Shown in pieces: positions 1 through 7,643 of a stretch of DNA of 14,854 nt. This DNA comes from Candidatus Hodarchaeota archaeon. Its GTDB lineage: Archaea; Asgardarchaeota; Heimdallarchaeia; Hodarchaeales; Hodarchaeaceae. The first letter of the stretch is position 1, and each line of letters opens with the position of its first letter. The notes under the pieces are model-generated. The model was not told where the DNA came from. It saw only the letters and a list, made by a program, of their open reading frames with translations, and made no database searches. Made by a program: the position numbers and the translations under genes. The stretch is from positions 1-14,854 of the forward strand of contig JAHQWW010000092.1 in NCBI GenBank assembly GCA_029856365.1, in the 5' to 3' direction.

Positions 1-1
1 T

Positions 2-301
2 GTCCCATTCGTACTGGATCCAGAGACAGGTGAACCATATCCCCGAAAAGGGACATACACAGGACGGTTTGCGTTCTATGATCTACTCACCGAATCATAC
101 TGGGGTGGGTTTATCACAGGAGATAAAGTAACAATCCACTGGGACAATTGTCCGTGTGGTTTGAAAGGGCCGTGGCTAGAGAACAATGTCATCCGGTACA
201 GCGAGGAACAAGGAGGAGACGACAAAATCAGCTGTGCAGGTGTGCACGAAGCCCACGACAATTTACTAGACTTCCTCATCAAAGATGAGGAGAAGACCTA
301 G
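2..301 (+). CDS. luxE: LuxE-family acyl-protein synthetase, C-terminal part (5'-truncated by window edge)
   Basis: Frame 2 is open from base 2 to TAG 299-301: VPFVLDPETGEPYPRKGTYTGRFAFYDLLTESYWGGFITGDKVTIHWDNCPCGLKGPWLENNVIRYSEEQGGDDKISCAGVHEAHDNLLDFLIKDEEKT. LDPETG, SYWGGFITGD, CPCG and the terminal SCAG Cys match the LuxE C-terminus. It lies directly upstream of luxC. Confidence 0.85.
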   Translation, partial: VPFVLDPETGEPYPRKGTYTGRFAFYDLLTESYWGGFITGDKVTIHWDNCPCGLKGPWLENNVIRYSEEQGGDDKISCAGVHEAHDNLLDFLIKDEEKT

Positions 302-348
302 ATCCCTTGTCCGCTTTTCTTTTTTCCTAAAATCAAGGTGTATGATTC

Positions 349-1809
349 ATGCAAGTTGTAAATAAAGAAAGGATAACAATTAAATTGGTGGAATATGAAG
401 TACCAATCATTGCGAGGGGCCATATAATTAATGATTACTCACTCACATTCGGAGGGCGGTATGGGACGGCAACATTTAGCACACCAGATCCGAAGAAGCA
501 TTTACCCAAAATTGTATTGAACAATCCTTCGCGCTTGAAGGATTTATACGATCTGAGTATCGAGGAAATATTGGAATTCATGGAGGATCTGGGGCAACGA
601 TGTGTACTCAATGAGAATGAGTACCTGCGAGAAGCATTCCTACTGAACTGTGAGGCTTCAGGATTAACGAAAAATATGTTACTGACAACGTATCAGGCAC
701 TCCCCACCTTCCTGTCGAAAGAGTTCCTAGGAGAGATGTTGGAAAAACGAATAGGAATCAAGTATTTGGAAGAATGGGTGCCGACCACATTAAATGATGG
801 GCGCACGGTCTCGATCAGAGCGTTTGGATCACGCACAGCACATATTATTGCTGGAAACGTCCCTTTAGTTGCTGCAGGAACTCTAGCAAGAAGCTGTTGT
901 ACGCGTTGCGACACAATTATTAAACTCCCGTCAAATGATCCACTAACAGCGACTGCCTTAGCACAAACAATGATCGAGATGGATCCTTCACACCCAGTCA
1001 CCAAACATGTCACGGTGCTGTATTGGAAAGGGGGGGATATAGAATTTGAAAACGCATTCTACCAACCCCAAAACATAGAGAAGATCATCGCATGGGGTGG
1101 ATTTGCCTCGGTGAAACATATCAGTAAATATTTACAACCAGGAATCGATTTGATCACGCTAGATCCGAAGCTCAGTATTTCAATAATTGGGGTGGAAGCT
1201 TTTCAGAACGAGGAGACGTTAAGGACTGTGGCGCAGCGCGCGGCGATAGATGTGGGCGCTTATAACCAAGAAGCGTGTGTGAACAGTCGTGTGATCTATT
1301 GTCAGTCGGGAACCGATGCAGAAGGCATTGCAAACCTGAATCAATTGGGAGCTTATCTCTATTACTCCCTTGTAAATCTTCCGCAACACCTCTCCACACC
1401 AGCAAAGGATTTCAACCTAGACTTGAAAGCCAATATAGATGGTTTACGGATGGACGAGGACTTTTACAAGGTACTAGGAGGAGAACATAACGAAGGTGCA
1501 GTGATAGTGAGTCAGATTGATGAACCAGTGGACTTCTCACCAAAGTTGTGTGGACGAGTGGTGAATTTAGTACCAGTAGATGAACTACAGACGGTCATCC
1601 AATCAACGAACGCCTATACGCAAACGTGTGGCATTTATCCAGAGAAATTGAAGCAGGAGATCCGTGATGACCTGATTCGTCATGGAATTCAACGTATAGT
1701 GTCATTAGGGTATGCTGCAACGGCAAGTTTCGCTACTCCACAGGATTCGATCGAGCCATTAAGGCGTATGTGCAAGTGGGTGATGGACGAGCAATCAGTA
1801 CCATGCTAA
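349..1809 (+). CDS. luxC: LuxC-family acyl-CoA reductase (ALDH superfamily)
   Basis: 486 aa with HIIAGNVP, IKLPSNDP, YWKGGD, IAWGG, DPKLSISII and catalytic YNQEACVNSR motifs. AGGTG RBS at 336-340. Confidence 0.92.
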   Translation: MQVVNKERITIKLVEYEVPIIARGHIINDYSLTFGGRYGTATFSTPDPKKHLPKIVLNNPSRLKDLYDLSIEEILEFMEDLGQRCVLNENEYLREAFLLNCEASGLTKNMLLTTYQALPTFLSKEFLGEMLEKRIGIKYLEEWVPTTLNDGRTVSIRAFGSRTAHIIAGNVPLVAAGTLARSCCTRCDTIIKLPSNDPLTATALAQTMIEMDPSHPVTKHVTVLYWKGGDIEFENAFYQPQNIEKIIAWGGFASVKHISKYLQPGIDLITLDPKLSISIIGVEAFQNEETLRTVAQRAAIDVGAYNQEACVNSRVIYCQSGTDAEGIANLNQLGAYLYYSLVNLPQHLSTPAKDFNLDLKANIDGLRMDEDFYKVLGGEHNEGAVIVSQIDEPVDFSPKLCGRVVNLVPVDELQTVIQSTNAYTQTCGIYPEKLKQEIRDDLIRHGIQRIVSLGYAATASFATPQDSIEPLRRMCKWVMDEQSVPC

Positions 1810-1829
1810 ATCCCAGAGGAGGACTATGC

Positions 1830-2108
1830 ATGGAAACGACACCTCATGAATGCCAAAATCAGGTGATAGACCAACAGAAACAACCAACAATCTTTTATTG
1901 TCTGGTGACTAAAGAATATCTCACTGAATGTCCAATCAAGTGCCCGTACTTTGCCAAGGGAACACCAATCCTGATGGAACGTATTTATCAACACAACTAT
2001 GAGATAGGATGTCCCCATTTACATCTTGTGGCAAGTACAGGACCCGAAGAGGAGCAATGGTTTGTGTGTGGTAAGACGGGGGACGCACCTGACCCGCAAA
2101 ATTGTTGA
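1830..2108 (+). CDS. Small Cys-rich putative metal-binding protein with two tandem repeats; possibly frameshifted (would end at 2217)
   Basis: GGAGGA RBS at 1818-1823 precedes ATG 1830, which is a better start than 1770. The 92-aa product has 7 Cys: C-x15-C-x9-C-x3-C, then C-x18-C-x11-C-stop. Confidence 0.7.
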   Translation: METTPHECQNQVIDQQKQPTIFYCLVTKEYLTECPIKCPYFAKGTPILMERIYQHNYEIGCPHLHLVASTGPEEEQWFVCGKTGDAPDPQNC

Positions 2109-2294
2109 AGGAAAATGTCTCAGGGTTATGAAAATGAAACAAAATAACCCAGAGTCCAAGGAGAGTACGTTAAAGGATGCCGATATTGTAATCCATACAA
2201 GAAGTGCGTCTATTTAAGATTTCATAAAAAAAGTGGAGATTGGATATAAGGATGCTGGGAATACTTGTCATTATCAGCACACTCTACCTATCTG

Positions 2295-2328
2295 ATAATG
2301 AAAAAAAAATTTTTTTTTGATTATATAA
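2295..2328. promoter_or_regulatory. 30-bp near-perfect palindrome overlapping a TATA box (TTATATAA 2321-2328)
   Basis: ATAAT-G-A9-T9-G-ATTAT at 2295-2324. The TATA box is about 30 nt upstream of ATG 2359. Confidence 0.55.
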
Positions 2329-2358
2329 GTCGTAAGTTGGAATTGATAATGACTGATC

Positions 2359-2886
2359 ATGTTGTCAGAAAAAGAACTGATCACTTGTCTTAAGACTATC
2401 TTAGTGGAACAGGTACATTTTCAGACTTATCAGGAGTTACAAATCACTTCAAAACACATAGATCTGCAAAGAATGATCAATCAAGACCAGTTTAGAATTG
2501 ATCTAGCTGCAATAAGCCATATTGATAGTTCCATTCACTTCTTTGAAGCAGAGACACAGTTACATATCAAACATCCTGTGCTATATATTAAGTTTTGTGA
2601 CTATTGCTATCTGGTCTGTCCAGAGGAGCAGTTCGATATCCTTGACTCTATTACCAAAAAGCAACAGCTGTCTTGGGCTGATGAAACAGGGGTTGGTGTG
2701 ATAACAATCTCGAAAGATGGAGCTCTCAGAGTACGTCTCCTTGCGAAACAACAATCAATGCTACCCGAAGTACGGAAAGAAGTGGTTCGTGTGATGAACA
2801 AACGATATCGTATCCATTTCACGACTCTTCCCTTATGGGAACGTACCCGCAGCAGCCAATCGAAAGGAGAGGCGCAAATACCTTGA
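2359..2886 (+). CDS. PD-(D/E)xK-superfamily nuclease-like protein (MmcB/DUF2161-like), E-x-E variant
   Basis: RIDLAAI...IHFFEAET core followed by FCDYCYLVCP and GVGVITI, a pattern typical of MmcB-like restriction-fold proteins. Confidence 0.65.
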   Translation: MLSEKELITCLKTILVEQVHFQTYQELQITSKHIDLQRMINQDQFRIDLAAISHIDSSIHFFEAETQLHIKHPVLYIKFCDYCYLVCPEEQFDILDSITKKQQLSWADETGVGVITISKDGALRVRLLAKQQSMLPEVRKEVVRVMNKRYRIHFTTLPLWERTRSSQSKGEAQIP

Positions 2887-2916
2887 AAATCAGCTAGAAA
2901 ATTAATCATCTATTTA

Positions 2917-2939
2917 ATTGAGGTGGTTCTCAATCTTTT
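2917..2939 (+). terminator. Possible hairpin/oligo-T terminator
   Basis: ATTGAG-gtggtt-CTCAAT followed by CTTTT, 30 nt after the stop at 2886. Confidence 0.3.
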
Positions 2940-3261
2940 AACATAACCTTAGAGTAAACCCTTGACAATGAATAAAGATTCTTGTGTTGAGTTTAAATAT
3001 TTGAAAAACAGTTGTCGAATGGATTAAAAAGGAAATATAGTTCAAATTGTAACCAGTATTTTGAGAAGACCCCCTACTTTGTTTTAATCGTCTTTTGTTA
3101 TATAAAATATTATTGATTATAGGTTTATTCACCTCTTATGTTTGATTGTGAGTATTCGTAACGAGTGGAATAGAAAGAACGGTAAAACTGAACTATTTCC
3201 TAGCTTTTTTGGCTGATTTTTAATATAAAAAGAGTGACCTCGAATAATCTTATGAAAAATC

Positions 3262-3522
3262 ATGTTGGAAAAAATGACTCAATCGGTATCAAATCTACCA
3301 TTTTGGATAAAACTTGAGTTCCTCAGAAACTTAACCGAACTCCCTCAGACACAGACCATGGTATCATCGCCAAACTATCTGTCAGTGGTTGTCATGTTAT
3401 TACACATTCTAATGGATGTGGAAACCCAGCTGTCGTGTGCACGTACCTTTCTAGAGAAAGAACGTTTGATTCACAACGATTTATTCAAGGTTTCAAAGGA
3501 CATGGCAAGGGATGTACAATGA
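3262..3522 (+). CDS. Hypothetical helical protein, 86 aa
   Basis: TATA-like TTTAATATAA at about 3219-3228. The stop overlaps the next start as ATGA (3519-3522), suggesting translational coupling. Confidence 0.6.
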   Translation: MLEKMTQSVSNLPFWIKLEFLRNLTELPQTQTMVSSPNYLSVVVMLLHILMDVETQLSCARTFLEKERLIHNDLFKVSKDMARDVQ

Positions 3523-4406
3523 GTACTGTGATAGATCTGATTGCGTTAGGGTTGCTGGGATTTTTTGAATGGTATGCACAAGAAGTCCTCAACCCACGGG
3601 ATCTGGTGCTCTTCTTCATCAGGCAAGTGTTTATGTATATGTTATTGCAAATGATCTTGCATATACTCCCATTCCTGAAACGGATTACCAACATTCTCTG
3701 GTTCCCCTTTCGCTTCCTCCATGTATATTTGCATGTGTTCACGACAAAAGAGATCTATCGTGACCTTGAGAAAAAAGAGGAGGAAGAGGACGACTTTGAT
3801 GATCTATATGATCAACACTACCTCCGCTCCAGTCTCGCTACAGGCCTTGGGCGATTCGACGAGAATGCCATGCTTATTGTCTCACTGAACCACATTGGGC
3901 ATGCACGACGCGTTGCGATGGCTCCCAGTCGGTTTGGTTGGGTATTGCTGGTGGGGTACCTAGTGATCACTCCCTTGGCATTGGTCACCCCGCTTTCACA
4001 TGTGTTTCTCACAGTGGCTGGTGCAGCGCTCCATTTCTACTTCTTTGTGGGTATTTTTGGGGTCATGATGCCCACAATGAATGATTGGCTGTTTATCATC
4101 AACACCATCATCTTGAACCTCAATATTCGGCCCGTGTACCTCTTTAATAGTGTCCTTGTACTTATCATATTCACTTTAGATACTTTCTGGCGGACAGAAG
4201 ATTTCCTGATTGCTATATTAGTGGGCACTGCGGCGTTTATCATCTACTTGTGGGGATTATTGTTGGTGACACTACTGGCCCACCGTGGGAAACTGAAACG
4301 ACCAGAGGTGTTTTTTATTCCTTTCAAATCAAGAAAGGCTGTACCTTTAAGCGCGACAGATACCGAGTTTCACGACTTAGATGAGGACTATGAGTGGGAG
4401 GATTGA
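3519..4406 (+). CDS. Multi-pass membrane protein, M50/DUF3267 zincin-like, with HVxxH in place of HExxH
   Basis: ATG 3519 (ATGA overlap) is preferred over 3435. There are several hydrophobic segments. PFRFLHVYLH, VAMAP and MPTMNDW occur in the order expected for PxxxxHExxH, IxLAP and PSxxD. Confidence 0.65.
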   Translation: MSTVIDLIALGLLGFFEWYAQEVLNPRDLVLFFIRQVFMYMLLQMILHILPFLKRITNILWFPFRFLHVYLHVFTTKEIYRDLEKKEEEEDDFDDLYDQHYLRSSLATGLGRFDENAMLIVSLNHIGHARRVAMAPSRFGWVLLVGYLVITPLALVTPLSHVFLTVAGAALHFYFFVGIFGVMMPTMNDWLFIINTIILNLNIRPVYLFNSVLVLIIFTLDTFWRTEDFLIAILVGTAAFIIYLWGLLLVTLLAHRGKLKRPEVFFIPFKSRKAVPLSATDTEFHDLDEDYEWED

Positions 4407-4541
4407 TTTGTGAAACTGGGATTCAAAGATGAGGAATCCGATCCTAATGCAGGATTTATCCTCTCCTATTGTTATGGAGCCACTAAACATCATATATCAA
4501 CTCTCATAACCAAGTTTATAGAAATCTGGTGTAAATGATAG

Positions 4542-4697
4542 ATGTCAAAAGCATCAGCTATTCCGTCAAGGCCTGAAAAAAAAGGCCTAGACGATTTTCT
4601 CCCTGATGATAACCTAGTACGCCCGCAGCAATTTTCTCGCGAACTGGAAGTATACCCTTATCCTAAAACAGGGATTTTTAATCTCTATTATGCCTGA
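4542..4697 (+). CDS. Unannotated 51-aa microprotein with PIP-box-like motif
   Basis: MSKASAIPSRPEKKGLDDFLPDDNLVRPQQFSRELEVYPYPKTGIFNLYYA*. TTTATAGA box at 4515-4522, at a spacing compatible with a leaderless transcript. It fills a 400-bp gap and is below the ORF-track size range. Confidence 0.55.
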   Translation: MSKASAIPSRPEKKGLDDFLPDDNLVRPQQFSRELEVYPYPKTGIFNLYYA

Positions 4698-4805
4698 GTG
4701 TCTTTAAGGTATGGTTTGACTAAAATAAAGGTGATTAAATACTATTTTAATTTGAAGTCTTTTCGCATTCATAAGTGAATGTAGTTAATTATCATTGATG
4801 ATGAT

Positions 4806-7568
4806 ATGACTCTTCCCAGTGATAAGAATAGTAACTTGTGGACAAGATATCGTTCTGCTATAGAGGATTATCAGGAATTTCGTGATCTCGAGGACATCCT
4901 AACAGAGTTTAGGGCCATTGTAGCTTCAGAAAATCCCACTCCGTCCATTGATTTACTCACGGAAATCGCCAATCACTTTCAGAAATTCAAACAAGTTAAT
5001 GATGCAAAGAAGGCATTTGGTCGAATATTACAATTAGATAGCACACATAAGGAAACATGGAAACGATTATCTTCTCTATATTTTACACTGAAAGATGTTC
5101 GTAAAGGGGAGTTCTGCTTACAAAAATACTATACATTGACAGGGGGAAAAGCTTGCCTCCAAAAAGCAACAGAACTTCGACTTGCGAGTTCAGGCAAATT
5201 GAAAAAATTACCAACACATCAAGAACTAGGTCTTCAAGATGGATTAACATTCCGAACTTCGACTCCAAAACGTGTCATAACTCTGTCTGAATTTCATAAT
5301 CAATTTAACATTCCAGCTAAGGATCTACCAATACCCATCCAAAAAATTGTTCAATTTGCACAACATCAAATAGTTGATTATCGGTTGTTTGAAAAACAAC
5401 CTGGGAAGATGGGAGCGAGTATCGATATTCTAAATGACCCCAGTCTTGTCAAAGCGCTAAAGACTCGCAAGATCACCCACTTTTTTCAATTTCAAGAAGA
5501 AGCGGTAACTGCGATTTATGAGGGTCAGGATGTGTGCATTGTAGCCCCCACAGGGAATGGCAAGACAGAGGCGTTCCTTCTTCCAACACTTCTCAAGATC
5601 CGTGAATTTAAGGATTGTGGAGTGCAATTACTTCTAATCTACCCGATGAAAGCACTGGCTAAAGATCAACTTCGGAAAATTGAGGACTTTACAGACCTTC
5701 TAGGGTTATCAGTACGAGTCTTTGATGGAGACACTAGTCATTATTGGCGAAAAAAGATCTTTGCAGATCCCCCTGAAATTTTGATTACAAATCCAGACAT
5801 CTTGCATTATCATTTAGGAATCGGGAAAAACAGCAGCAACTTCCAAAATTTACTCGCAGGCCTTAAAATTGTCATTCTTGATGAAATCCATTCGTATACT
5901 GGAACTTTCGGCTCGAATATGTATTTTATTTTACGCCGCCTAGAAAGAATAGTACAGAGACAACTGCAATTTATTGGTGCCTCAGCTACAGCTGCTAATG
6001 CAGACACTTTTGCCTCAAAATTACTAGATCGTACTGTCACTGTCATTGAATGTAAAAATGGCCGACGGGGACGCTTACACTTCTTAATGGTTGCTCCCTT
6101 TGAAGGAATGTCCACTTTGGATAGTGTGACTAATCTAATCAATAGTATCAAGTATCATGGTAAGACTCTGGTGTTTCAAGACTCACATCGTAATGCTGAA
6201 ATCTTATTTCAGAAGCTGGGGGGTGCGACAAAAAAAATTGGTATTCATCGCGCTGGGCTAGATAAGAAGATCCGAGAACAAGTTGAAGCTGATTTCAGGG
6301 ACAGTATGCTAGATTTATTGGTAGCTACTCCTACACTTGAATTGGGAATTGATATTGGAGATTTAGACATTGTTGTCACGCCTCCTATTGCTGTGAATCG
6401 TGCCATGCAAAGAATTGGAAGGGCCGGTCGGAAGGGCCAAGAAGCAGTAGCAATCATTCATTTAAATAGCGAAGATCCAATATCCAACTACTACTATCGA
6501 TATCCCAAGCGGTATTATCAAGACATAGAAGAGGTATTCTTTGACCCCGACAATCCTAATGTCACAGAACACCAGCTACTCTGTGCTTCCCTTGATCATC
6601 CCATTGATGTGAGTGAGTTTTTAGAGTACACTCCCACCCTTAATAGATTAGTGGCAGAAAATCTTATGTGTCAGGTGGATAAATCCATTCTTCTGCCAAC
6701 CCAAGAAGGGCAGGAACAAGCACGGAGATATTCGATTCGAGGGAAAAACCATGAGGTGCAGATCAAAATTCGTGGGGGAAGAAAAATCGGGAAAAGAGTA
6801 ATGCCCATCGCCATGCTAGAACTATATCCAGGGGCCTTTTATTATGCTGGTGGAACACGGTATCAAGTGACTAGTTTTTATTTTAATGGAGTACGTGGGG
6901 TAGCTGAGCTAATCAAGCCGAAGAATGTGTGGGGACATACGTTTCCTCTTTCCTCGCTAAAACCAGAGATCTTGGCGATCCAGGCTTACCATCATGCTTA
7001 TGGTCTAGAAGTCGTATCTGTCGAAACCAAAGTTCTTCAAACAGTGTTTGGGTATGCTTTGGAGTTACCGAATGGGACTTCAATGAAAAAACTCCGTGAT
7101 CCTCTGTACTACTCCTCCCGTTCTAAAGGGCTTCTTTTTCGAGCACCAGCTCTCTCTACAGAGATTATAAAGGTTGATCGCACTAATTCCATAGCAGCAC
7201 TACATACGTTGGTACATATCCTCCTCCATGCTAGCCTCCCATTTATTGGAGGTCAGCTCAGTGAAATTGGAGGATTAGCGTTAATCCCCCAAGGATATGT
7301 CTTACTGTTTGACCAAGCAAATGGATCAGGAGTTTGTGCCATGCTTTTAGATCACCTCCCAGAGTTATTCACACGAGCAAATGATATTTTAGCATGTAAT
7401 TGTAAGGATCCCCAAGGATGCCCGAAATGTACGTTTTTACCTCGCTGCAGTCATAACAACACTAATTTGGATAAATTTGGCGCACGTTCGCTTCTTACGT
7501 ATATTCTGGAGGGAATTGTGGTTCCATTAGGTGATGATTACAATCAGTTCGCTCAGACTCTCCACTAG
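4806..7568 (+). CDS. SF2 DEAD/DEAH helicase with C-terminal DUF1998 Zn domain (MrfA/Hrq1/SftH-like) and N-terminal TPR-like region
   Basis: Q motif FQFQ, APTGNGKT, YPMKALAKDQ, TNPDILH, DEIH, SAT, TLELGIDIG, QRIGRAGR, and C-terminal CNC-x4-GCPKC-x5-C. Confidence 0.92.
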   Translation: MTLPSDKNSNLWTRYRSAIEDYQEFRDLEDILTEFRAIVASENPTPSIDLLTEIANHFQKFKQVNDAKKAFGRILQLDSTHKETWKRLSSLYFTLKDVRKGEFCLQKYYTLTGGKACLQKATELRLASSGKLKKLPTHQELGLQDGLTFRTSTPKRVITLSEFHNQFNIPAKDLPIPIQKIVQFAQHQIVDYRLFEKQPGKMGASIDILNDPSLVKALKTRKITHFFQFQEEAVTAIYEGQDVCIVAPTGNGKTEAFLLPTLLKIREFKDCGVQLLLIYPMKALAKDQLRKIEDFTDLLGLSVRVFDGDTSHYWRKKIFADPPEILITNPDILHYHLGIGKNSSNFQNLLAGLKIVILDEIHSYTGTFGSNMYFILRRLERIVQRQLQFIGASATAANADTFASKLLDRTVTVIECKNGRRGRLHFLMVAPFEGMSTLDSVTNLINSIKYHGKTLVFQDSHRNAEILFQKLGGATKKIGIHRAGLDKKIREQVEADFRDSMLDLLVATPTLELGIDIGDLDIVVTPPIAVNRAMQRIGRAGRKGQEAVAIIHLNSEDPISNYYYRYPKRYYQDIEEVFFDPDNPNVTEHQLLCASLDHPIDVSEFLEYTPTLNRLVAENLMCQVDKSILLPTQEGQEQARRYSIRGKNHEVQIKIRGGRKIGKRVMPIAMLELYPGAFYYAGGTRYQVTSFYFNGVRGVAELIKPKNVWGHTFPLSSLKPEILAIQAYHHAYGLEVVSVETKVLQTVFGYALELPNGTSMKKLRDPLYYSSRSKGLLFRAPALSTEIIKVDRTNSIAALHTLVHILLHASLPFIGGQLSEIGGLALIPQGYVLLFDQANGSGVCAMLLDHLPELFTRANDILACNCKDPQGCPKCTFLPRCSHNNTNLDKFGARSLLTYILEGIVVPLGDDYNQFAQTLH

Positions 7569-7643
7569 CAGTCAAAATGACCAATAGCTTTGATTTTGAG
7601 TATAAATACTCTAGAAGACTATCATATACTAGATGAAATAATC

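Noticed and set aside
76-282. Minus-strand 68-aa ORF
   Set aside because: Antisense shadow of the luxE C-terminus.
2148-2270. Cys-containing frame (KGCRYCNPYKKC...) downstream of the Cys-rich gene
   Set aside because: It is bounded by in-frame stops with no start codon or RBS, so it cannot be supported as a gene.
2103-2324. Selenocysteine read-through of TGA 2106 (C-U-RKMSQGYENETK) with AUGA...UGA at 2298-2321 as a SECIS core
   Set aside because: The putative helix is only A/U homopolymer with no apical loop, too short for a SECIS. The frameshift explains the Cys pattern better.
2938-3132. Minus-strand 64-aa ORF
   Set aside because: AT-rich, no recognisable motif and no properly spaced RBS; likely spurious.
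3252-3518. N-terminal extension of the membrane protein (ATG 3252 with in-frame TGA, or GTG 3435)
   Set aside because: It overlaps the better-supported 86-aa ORF, and the ATGA coupling supports ATG 3519.
4431-4463. Interrupted hairpin GAGGA..ATCCT-aatgc-AGGAT..TCCTC
   Set aside because: Short stems, no U-tract and no SECIS 3' GA; not distinguishable from chance.
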